Assembly: GCA_951406725.2 (NCBI GenBank)
Contig: OX597816.1
Location: 178,994,001 to 179,058,000 of the forward strand
Length of the DNA stretch: 64,000 nucleotides
Origin: Octopus vulgaris
Lineage: Eukaryota
Direction of reading: 5' to 3'
Shown here: in pieces, positions 37,833 to 49,858 of the stretch
Numbering within the stretch: position 1 is the stretch's first letter
How the letters are laid out: each line of letters starts with the position of its first letter
Made by a program: the position numbers and the translations under genes
The notes under the pieces: model-generated
Databases searched by the model: none
The model's input: only the letters and a program-made list of their open reading frames with translations
Told to the model about the DNA's origin: nothing

Positions 37833-40800
37833 CATTGTGTACAGTGCTCAGGTGCACTACAACTCATCTAGAGTCTATGTATAATCAGCTATTTATGTAG
37901 CTAAAAACAGAAAAAAGAAAATTGCTCTCTTTCTAAATCTCAGTGGTCTCACTAACCTGTTGTTTAACTCCAGTTTTATTAGTTTTAAACAAAGAGTAAC
38001 TTTTCCAACTGGTGAAATTGAAATCAGCATTGCAAGTTAATGAGTGTCACTTGTCAAATTAATAGTGTTGCTTCTGCTTGGAGTAGAATATGGTTTCTAC
38101 TCTATTGTATTTGGTTACATATATCTTGGTAGTTTGTGAACATTTTAGTTTCTTTTGTGTAGGTTATTTGCAATTCTATTAAGGAGTCATGTAATTAGAG
38201 TTTGTATTTAATTATGGTTTCATCATCATTTAACATTTTCCATGCTGGCATGGATTAGACAGTTTGACTACACCAGGCTCCAAACGTCTGTTTTGGCCTA
38301 GTTTTTTTAGCTAGATGTCCTTCCTAATGCCAACCACTTTACAGAGAATACTGGGTGTCTTTTACATCTCACCAGCACAGGCCCCCTTTTATATGTCACA
38401 GGTTTGTTTCTATTGAAACTTAGTCTTTCATGAAATCCAGGAAAAGCCTTTATTTTTTAAGAGTAAGAAAATAAAGGGTTTCTGGTTTGTATTAACTTGC
38501 GTCTCTGACCCTTCCATACAAGCAGTAAAGATTTTAATAGGGTGGGAAATATTTTTATTTTACTCTCTCTTTGCTCTCCTGGTTAAACTTTTGCCTGGTT
38601 TATAAAGATACTGAAAGAGTCTTAACTTGGCATCTGTTGTAGACATGTTCTTCTGGTTTAATGTTTGCAACAGATAGAAAGACACTGATACAGTGTTAGT
38701 TTGGCATCTCTTGGAGACCTTTGACTTTTTTCTAAACCATTGTGTGTCTAGCTGGTTTCTCCATGATCTTACTTATTCTTGAGGAACCCTTCAAGTAAAT
38801 TCTATGTCTCAGGAAACTATTACATAAACATTGTTATACGTTATTATTTATCTTTTCCTTTTTCTTTCATTAAAAATAGATTTCATAAAAAGTCTTCTTG
38901 CTTCATAAAGACACCAGGATTTTCCTACCTCAGAAAATATGCTGTGAATATATAATAAAATCATAAATGTAGAATTAAATATGCAAATAACTTTAAAATG
39001 CATTTGCATATGATTAGCCTCTTTATTACTGTGGTCGTTAACTGTTGTGTTGAAATAGTCAGGTTATCATTGCTGCTGATGTAAATGTAAAATGTTTCTA
39101 AGATTATAATTTATATTTAGAGGCTGCTTTTGCAATATTCCTATCTGCACTACATTTTAATTAGTTTGGTCTTTGATTTCCATTCTTGGTTATGTACATT
39201 GAGCTTGACTCTATTCTTACTAAACCGTTGTGTCTAAACTCAAGGTACTTAATGTTTTATCTACTGGCACAAAAGTTCCTAGTTTGAACTCAATTTAGTA
39301 TCATGTTGGTTGGAGATTAAACTAATTGAGAAGCAGTGGAGATATAGATATTGTAAATACACATTTTAAAGATGAAGTTTGAGAAATTAAATCTTAGCAG
39401 TAACAACAACTCGTCTCAGATATTTAGACATTCAACCCTGTAGCATTCAGATTATTTTGTCAAATGTAATGTTTATTATTCAAATTATTTTCAACTATTC
39501 ACTTATAATCTTGTAACTTTGAGATTTTGATGATGTGATTGTTTATTTTTTGAATGACATTGTAGAGCAGGTGTGAAAGGCTAAAGTGGTCATTTTGGAC
39601 ATGAAACAGGTAGACTATTTTGGCCAGATATGGCTGGTTTAAACACTAAGGAGTTAATGGGCACATTTCCATATGATCCATTAGTTGATAATCTCTACCT
39701 GAATTCTATTTCAGTGAGTCCTGTATACAGAAGTCATGTCGTTATCTTCTCTCAATTGATGCTACAGCTCATCTTGACAACCCGAAAGCATTACGACTGC
39801 TCATTGAACAGAACAGGTATGTTTAAGATCATATCAGAATATTCTTGTCATTTACATCAAACATTAATTTCAACTCTGAAATTTAATTTACAAGAATTCA
39901 ATTAAACTAAATATTTAGAAAGGTTATTTTTTGGTTTCAGTTTACTTTTTTCTATTTATTTATTTATTCATTTATTTTTTGTTCTAACTTCCAAAACTTT
40001 TTCATTACAGAAGTGTTTTAGCTCCTATGGTAGCTCGCCCTGGTAAGTTCTGGAGTAACTTCTGGGGAGCAATTAGTAATGATGGTTATTATGCTCGTTC
40101 AGAAGATTATCTGGACATTGTGGACAGTACAAGACGGTGAGTGTTCAACCTATCAATCTGCTTTAGAACCAAATGTATTGTTGCTTTGATGAATTTAGTT
40201 TTTGTATTTTTGTGTGTAGTGGCATTTGAAAATGTCTATTTACTTTGTTAGTCTTCATATAAGCATTGTATCTTCTACATCCTATCACTCCTCCACACTA
40301 ACTGGAACAATCCCCTACATTCAATTAATTCTCTACATTCTAACAATCCTCTATACTTCTATATATCTTCTTCATTCTGTTAATCATTTACATTTTATCA
40401 CTCCTCTATTCTTTGTCAGTTATCTACATTCTTTTAATCTTCTGTGTTCTATCAATCTTCTCCAGTCCGTTACTCCTTTACGCTCTATCAATCACACACA
40501 ATGTATCAGTTCTCTGCTTTGCATCACTCATGTATACTCTATCATACCTCTACATTCTGTCAAACCTCTGCGTTATATCAATCATCTGCATTATATCAAT
40601 CATCTGTATTATATCAATCTTCTACATTATATCAGACTTTTTTGTAGACATTCTATCAGTCCTCCACACTTTACCAATACTCTACATTCTCATTGATCAT
40701 CTATACCAGATCTACTCATCTTTTATACTGCATCAGTCTTCTGCATTCTATCAACCCTCTACATTATATCAATCCTTTATATTGAATTTATAACCATCTT

Positions 40801-41383
40801 AGTCATCCCGATTTAAAAGATCTCATTAACACAACCCTGTCACTGACATAGTTACTGGACAGACTGAGTAATTTCTGTTCCATCATATTGTCATGTTGTA
40901 AAATGGTCTTTTGCCACTGTTGTATCTGCCTTTTGACGATGGTTGTTGCTCTGACAGATATTGTTATATTCCAAAGTCAACGTTGTCTATAGAATGGTTC
41001 TGTCTGACACTGTACAGTCCCCAGTCATACAGTGTTATCATCCTCAAGTCCACTCAGTATCACAGTATAATTACTATATCAGCACAGACATGACTATCAA
41101 CACAGTCTACACATATCTTTGACCTTCTTTGACCTTCTCCCTGTCAACCAGTTACTGGTCTATTTATAATGGCTGGCTACTACTACTTTTTACTGAGAGG
41201 AATGTACAGTTTCACTATACATGTCAGCAGTAAGTTAGTTGCTGAAAGACAGACCTGGAATACAAACTAAACTCAAATTCTAGATTCAGTCCCACTGCAT
41301 GACACCTTTAGGCAAGGGTCTTCTACTATAGCCCCAAACCAACTAAAGCCTTGTGAGTGGATTTGGAAGAGAGAAATTGAAAG

Positions 41384-41435
<52 letters not shown>

Positions 41436-43977
41436 ATGTGTAATAATATATTTATAAAAGACAGTTTGTATGTGTGTATGTTCCTTATGCATTCCAAAAC
41501 TGAGTTGCCGTTTTTGACATATGGGGTATCAAAAGATTCATTAAGCTTTTGGCTACCAACTAAACTATATTTTCATTCACTTATTTACATTACAAAAATT
41601 TAAGATGATAATCTTAAATTTTTTCTTTCAGTCACCTATTGTAAATGACATCTTTTACCACCACCAACACCACAACAACGATGACGTCACATTTTCTATA
41701 TGTGTTCGCATGTTTGTTACGTACGTTAGGCTGATGACTGACAAATATGTGTGTGACAGTGTTACTGTCTGTCAGTATACATACATTTTTGTGGTGACTG
41801 ACACACCACACATCTAAAGACAGAGACAGACACAGGGACAGAGACAGGCATCACGTATGCATTAATGTACATGTGTGTGTGTGTGTGTGTGTGTATGTCT
41901 CTTTCTCTTACTTTATGTATGTAACTTCCCCATCCCCAAACTTCCTCGCCGATATTGAAAGTTTACTTGCAGCCCCTGGATTTCAAACAAACAAACAATG
42001 TTCACTTTCAAGAACTGCCAACTTGAAGGTTTAGCTTATTTAGCACCACTCACAATACTCGGCAAATATATCTGGAAAATAAAACTATTCTGCTTATTAT
42101 AACAAATTTGGAAACTTGGCAAAGTAGAAAGCCTCAGCAGCTCTTTCAATATAATTACAGAAATGTTATCCCACTCCTTCTAACCAGTTTCAAGATAATG
42201 TTTTTTTAACAGTCCTTGTATTCTTCATCACTGTGAGAGCATCGCACAACCTTTTTACTGCATTACTCAGTATTCTACAGCCTATAATGTTACACAGTTC
42301 AAAAACAGCATCTTCCTTTTTATACACTTGGTTCTGCATTCATTTCAAAACTGTAAAATAAGTTATTTTTGTATGAAAAATTGAATTATGCCTTCTGAAT
42401 TTTCTTGAACTTTCACTTTCTTCACCGTGGCATTCATTCACCTGTGAATTTTATAACATTTAGTACATGTTCCAAATAAATGTTGACTTCATGTACTTTC
42501 TTATATTGGTGACGCATACTAACTTTTGCTAAACTGGTGACTTTCCATTTTTTTATAGCATAACTATGCTACAGAAAGTATGTTTTGCACCTATATTGAC
42601 TACATTCCGTTTTGCTGTTTTCAATATTATCAATTCTATGAGTCTGTGTGTGTGTGTTTCTGTGTTCATTACGTCTATAGCAAACTATAGTAAAGAACTT
42701 TTTACGCTGTTTTAGTGAGCCCACATCTAATGAAGTAGCCATCCTTATGGTTGGTGATCCCCATGAAACACATGATATTCTCACTCGTGTTCAAGATAGC
42801 AACCTTAGATGTGTTCCACAGACTCATCCCTCTTATGATGCTCTCCAGTATAATCTTATTCTGTGGAATGGACAAGATGGGTATTATTTCAATATTCCTC
42901 GGATTGAACCTGCAACAGAATAGTCAATTACAAACGAAAGGGTGTCGTCAAATGATTTCTATTTTTACCAAGACCAGAAAAATCATATCCTTTCTGCCAT
43001 AGGCACAAGGCCTGAAATTTTGCAGGAGGGGAGCAGTCGATTACCTTGACCCCAGTGTCTCACTGGTACTTAATTTGTCAACCCCAAAAGGATGAAAGGC
43101 AAAGTTGACCCTGGCAGCATTTGAACTCAGAATGTAAAGACAGGCGAAATACAGCTGAAGCATTTTGCCCAGCAAAACGATTCTGCCAGCTCACCCACCT
43201 TTCAAAACAATCAAATCAATTCCACATGTCAAATAAACTTTATTTTCATTTACATATTTTCTACATTATCTCAACAACCAGCTATAGTTATTTCAAATAC
43301 ACTTCTCTACAATGATCAGGTATCATTACAGAATGAAAATAATTTCTCACTTTCAATTTCAACCAAAATTACAAAGTGTTGCATTACGAGAGTGACGATG
43401 TGTGAATAATGAAGGTAATGTTTCTCTGAATTAATTGCATGTGTATTATAATAAAGGAAGCTGCTTATTATCTATCTACCAAATGAACTATGTTTTTGAC
43501 TCAACAATTCTTTTTTACAACTAAAATAACCTTGCCAACTAGGTTGGGTCGCACAATTTTGAGTTCATTTCCAGACAGTATTTTGATTTGCTTCTAATGT
43601 ATCATTTTCGTCCAATGTTTTACACATGCATAGAATTCTATTCAGACAAACATTTATAAAAAAATGTACGCATAAATATTGTATTAAAATAAGCCACAAA
43701 CAAAAAAATTGCATTAAAATACATCAGTTTTTTTAAAAAAAGATGTATGCATGTGTATTTATAGGTAAAGGTCAAGAATATGCACTCCTGGTGTTTACAG
43801 TTAGGGTTACGCCAAAAACAGGTGGTGTGTGTATTCTTTACCTCTGCCTATTTATGTATGTGTATATGAAAGATAATGTGTGAGTGTGTGAGAGAGAGAG
43901 ATAGAGTGAGTGAGTGCCACTTGCACATACATGCAAAAAAATTTCATACATCACAACACACACCTTCACTCACTCAC

Positions 43978-44037
<60 letters not shown>

Positions 44038-44214
44038 GCGTCCATTACACATACATCTTACACTTTATCCTCTCCTTCAATTTTTGCTCTCTTCAAAGCA
44101 TACAGAAATTAAACCAATTTTATGGAAATTAACAAACAATCATATGATCTCATATATGTTGAGTTGACAACTTTGCTTCTTCAAATGAAAGAATGCCATA
44201 AAACAGCTTCCTTT

Positions 44215-44254
<40 letters not shown>

Positions 44255-44945
44255 AGATAAAACTTCTGTGCAAATTATGTTAATTCTTGCAGTGTGCACG
44301 TGCAAATTTGTAGCTCCAACCCAATTGAAATGATCTTTTTTCTATTGTGTAATTTATGTTTGTGATGAGTGTATTTAAAAATCTGATCTTCAATATAAAT
44401 TTAAAAGGAAGTTTTCCCAGAAATTCTGTCCTTTACCCCTTCTTTCAACATGTCTGAGGTGACCTCCCCCCCCACCTATTTTTTCCTAAATTTCTCCCGA
44501 TACCTATGTTTGCAATACAGGAGATTAGGATTTCACCCATAAAACACGTTCTCAATATTTTCATTTTCTCCCTCTCCACACCAAATTTATTTTTTACTTT
44601 TTTCAAATTTTTATTCTTGGTAATCCATGGAGAAAAAACAGAGTGTATGAATCTTTAAGAATTTTACCCATCACCTCACCACTTTCAAAAAGCTACACAC
44701 TCCCAACTTTTAGCTTTTTGGAAAACAGGGAGATTTCTTCAAAAATAATGTCTTTTACCTGTTGTTTCTAACGTGTTGGGTTTCCTGGTGGTGGTCTGGT
44801 ATTTTCAGTAGAATTCTATGCATGCGGGAAACATCAAACAAAAGTGAAAAATTGGAAGATTTTAGCTTTTTGAAAGCTGGGAGGTGATGGGTGGGTGAGG
44901 TAGGGGAAGGGGCATTGAGTGTTTCTTTAAGAAAAATTAAACTAT

Positions 44946-44984
<39 letters not shown>

Positions 44985-45276
44985 CACCATTTGAGCATGG
45001 TCGATGCCAGTACTGCCTGACTGGTTCTTGTGTCAGTGGCATATAAAAAGCACCATTCAAGCATGGTCGATGCCAGTACTGCCTGACTGGCTCCCATGCC
45101 AGTGGCATGTAAAAAGCACCCACTACACTCTTGGAATGATTGGCGTTGGGAAGGGCATCAAGCTGTAGAAACTTTGCCAGATTGGATTGGAGCCTGGTGC
45201 AGCCTTCTGACTTGCCAGCCCTCAGTCAAACTGTCCAACCCATGCCAGCATGGAAAGCAGACGGTAAATGACGCCG

Positions 45277-45314
<38 letters not shown>

Positions 45315-48300
45315 CCCAGATTCGTAATCTCTTTATTTTTCTATGTAGATAACAACAACAAAAAAAAATGTACAAGTTACAAATTAAGACATTGCTATGG
45401 GGACGGGAGGGAAATTAAAATTTTGAAAATGTGATTTCTAGACAAAATCATATTAACCCCCTTGTATACAATGAAACAATACGTAGTTTTTGATCCTTCT
45501 TAAGAACAGAAAGCAAACCCATGCAAATTGTACCCTTGCCCTTCACTATTGAACAAAAAATAACTTCTATTATTCCATTAACTATATATCTATTATACCG
45601 ATTCTGCCCATAAGAAAGGAGCAAATAATTCAAAGTGCTTGTAGGCCATAACACCCAGGCAACGCCAGGATGCATTGCTAGTGTGTGTGTGTGTATATTT
45701 AAGTATAAATATGTCTGTGTGTCTTTGGGTTTGTTCCACCGTTACTTAGTGGTTTGACAAAAGAGACTGATAAAATAAGTATCAGGCTTAAAAGGAGAAA
45801 AAAACAGGACTCATCCAACTAAAACCCTTCAGCATGGCCACAGTCCAATCACTGAAGCAAATAAAATATGAAAGAAGGTTAGAGTGCTGGAAAAAGGCAA
45901 CTTTAGTCAAATCAATTTTTCAATTAACACAAAAATTTGTTCCTTGAAAACCTTGTAAATAATTACAGATATCATGGAATCTCTTGAATTTGTTTCAGTG
46001 GGCTTTGGGTTGTTCCATACTTATCAGAAGTTTATTTGATTCATCACCATCTGCTGCCTGATTTGAAAACTGCTTACATCAATGGTAAATTAGACCCAGA
46101 CATGGCATTTTCCAAAACTCTTCGAGATCAGGTAAGGTTGCAGTTTGTTATCAAAATTCTTCCAAATTTATATAGTGTACTGATGATGTTTTAGCCTTTG
46201 AAAATGTTGTTGCATTCTCAGCTTTAGAATGATAATTTCTTGTCACTATCAATAATAATAATAAGGTATTAAGACAATATGACTCTCTCCAGACACAACA
46301 TAATTTGTTTCAACACACGAGTTCACTTAAAGAATCTTGCAAACCAGATACAGAAACGAAGTGCGCACACGCGCACACACACACACACACTTACATACAT
46401 ATATATACATGAGTGGGTGCTGAAAAGGATCAGTTAATTATGATTTATTCAACATATTCCCCTCTCAGATTCACCACTTATTGCAGCGCAGTCCTCCAGT
46501 TTTTCTAAGCCCTCTAAAAGAACCTCCAACCAGGCCTTTTGTGATACCCTTAATGCCAGGAACTTTTCAGCACCCGCTCCTGTGTGTGAATTTGTACATT
46601 CTGCATTTATCCAAGAAATTGCAGAGCTACTGGGCATGATGTTCATTGACATTTCCATGTCAACAACTTATTTGGTAGTTCTGCTCTTTCAAAATGAAAA
46701 TTCCCTCACTTGAAAAGTAAGGTAAAAACGGAAAGGTAAAGGTTTGCAATGGAAAATGCATCTGGTTGTAAAAAAGGAAAATCACAATATATATGCATGA
46801 TGGATGTAAACTGTATAAAGAAACAAATGTTTTCATAAATCTTGTTTCTCATTTCTTTTTCAGGGCAGACTGATGTATGTGACAAATATGAAATATTTTG
46901 GCCACTTAATTAATTATGATAATTTTGATACCAGTAAAAAATACAGTGAACTCTGGCAGATATTTGATAATCCAGTTGTAAGTTTTATTTTATTTTTATA
47001 TGATGTTCAATGTTTCCTAAATATCCTTTAACAATATCTGACTGTCAGATATTGGACAATACAACTTAAATCTTATATAAATGCAGTTTATTCTATTTTC
47101 TAACAACCAGCCATTTTAGCACCATAAAATGACATACTCAGAAAAATGTAAACCATATTCTCAGTGTGTATGCTAATATACAGGATGTCCCAGAATTAAC
47201 TATCTCAATGAAGTCAGGTAAATTTTTTTAAAAATGACAATTTTGTTTCTTTCTTAATTATGACATCAAAACAAATAGGTTTATAAATTTTACATCGAAA
47301 CTTTATTGAAAATTTTCAACATGTGTTTTGTTTGTGTCCTTGCAAATTTCAAATCTATCATTAATGCTACGAAGCACATCTTGAAGCATTTCAAGGTTAT
47401 CTCCTGCACTGCTAGCAGAATGGGTTCTTCAAGTTCATCTTAACTATTATTCCATCTTTGGGATGGAGGTAGAAAAAATGATTGCCGCAAAATTGGAAAA
47501 GAGCTGTTGTGGACAGATAAGCAGGATCCAACAGGAATGAAAATAGAATTATTAAAAAAAAAAATGTAATTATAAACAAAATTAAGAATTTATACTCTTT
47601 TAACACAGGAGTAGCTGTGTGGTAAGTAGCTTGCTTACCAACCACATGGTTCCAGGTTCAGTCCCACTGCATGGCACCTTAGGCAAGTGTCTTCTACTAT
47701 AGCCTCAGGCTGACTAAAGCCTTGTGAGTGGATTTGGTAGATGGAAGCTGAAAGAAGCCCATTGTATATATGTATACATACATACATACATACATATATA
47801 TGTACGTGTGTGTATATGTTTGTCTCCCCCCCCACATCGCTTGACAACCGATGCTGGTGTGTTTACGTTCCCGTAACTTAGCGGTTCGGCAAAAGAGACC
47901 AATAAAATAAGTACTAGGCTTACAAAGAATAAGTCCCGGAGTTGATTTGCTCGACTAAAGGCGATGCTCCAGCATGGCCACAGTCAAATGACTGAAACAA
48001 GTAAAAGAGTAAAAGAGAGAGTAGAGTATATCAAACATGATAAACATATATAAAAGTGAGTTTTTTTTATATTGTCCAATTTCACTGAAACAGTTAATTC
48101 TTGGACACCTAAAACCACATAGAAGTTTGCTTGACCCCTTGACAACCATTTGGTTATGGGTCTTACTGTACAACATTTTGACCAAGGACAACCAAAGTCC
48201 TCTAAGTGATATTCGGTTGGTGGAAACAGAAAGTAAGGCTGTTATCTGTGTGTGTGTGTGTGCATCTTTTACTTGTTTCAGTCATTAGACTGTGGCCATG

Positions 48301-49328
48301 CTGGGGCACTGCCTTGAAGAACTTTTAGTTGAACCCCAGTACTTATTTTGATTTTAAGCCTGGTACCTTGTCTATTGGTCTCTTTCACCAAACTACTAGG
48401 TTATGGGTATGTAAACACACCAACACTGGTTGTCAAGCAGTGGTGGGGACAAACACACATGTACATACATACATACACACACACGCGCGAGTGGCAGACT
48501 TCTTTCTATTTCTGTCTGCCAAATCCACTCAGAAGGCTTTAGGTCAGCCAGGGGCCATAATAGAAGACACTTGTTGAAGGTGCCATGCAGTGGGAGTGAA
48601 CCTGGGATCATGTAGTAAACCTATTATGAGACAAGCACATCTATAATACATTAAAAATGAAGTTCAATCTTGCTTACTTGCAATGTTACACAGTTAAACT
48701 GGTGCATAATAGGAAAATACTTTGAAAGTAAAATGCCCCTGAAATGTGAATATGAACAGAATGAAACAAGTTTTGCATAAATCGGACCAGTGGTTATTGA
48801 GATATTTGGGGGTTTGGGGTATAAATACCCAAAATGGTACATAATGGGATAACACTCTGAAAATCAACTTCTGAAAGGGAAGAAACTCTAATCTTCTATT
48901 AGACACATTATGATGGGCAAAATATTTTTAAGTGAAAATGACTTTAAAAATATGGTAAATATTTTGTAAAAGACCTGTTCGTAACCTTGGTGTGAAATAG
49001 TTTTTTTTTCCATAGGTTTCTTTTGAGTGCATTCAATGTATCTCACCTCCAAAGATTTGGCTACTATTTCTAGCACACCCTGCTACCACGTAACAGTTAT
49101 ATGTGATAAAGGACTCAAAATACCTGTTACATGGTAGTAGGGCATGCAAGAAATAGCACCAAATCTTTCCTTCTCTGGGGAAAGGAGCCATTTACATGTA
49201 ATTTCGATGTCACATTCATTGAAAGCATGCGAAATAACATGGAAAACAAAAAAAAAAACTCCATAAAACAAAACTCCATTGCTGGGAATCTCAGATTCTC
49301 CCGTTGACCCAACGGGTCATGGGTAGTC

Positions 49329-49381
<53 letters not shown>

Positions 49382-49519
49382 TAGAAAAAAACACCTTTCA
49401 TCAATTCAATATTGAAAAATTAAATTATACCATCTAGAAAATTACATTTTATAGAAAGATTAAATATAAGATAAAACATATAACGATGATTAAGTAATGT
49501 GCAAAATAATAAATAAAAC

Positions 49520-49554
<35 letters not shown>

Positions 49555-49800
49555 ACTTTATTATCTCCCCTTCTTCCAAGCTCTCCTGTGTGACCCCTCT
49601 GTCCGGCATTCGCCATGATAGATTGTTAGCCACTACACATTCTTTATTTTCTTTCCTTGTTTCTTTCTGTGTTCCTTTCTGTGGAAGAGCGTAGGCTCAA
49701 AACGTTAAAGACTTTTTCACTTCCCGAGCGTTAAACTAATACATCTGTTTGTTGTCTACACCACCTGTCTTCGTCTTTTGGGTTTTTTTGTGAATTCTCC

Positions 49801-49858
<58 letters not shown>

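Noticed and set aside
40226-40793. 156-aa and 126-aa ORFs as a nested gene
   Set aside because: Open only because the G-poor minisatellite rarely forms stops; no splice or homology support.
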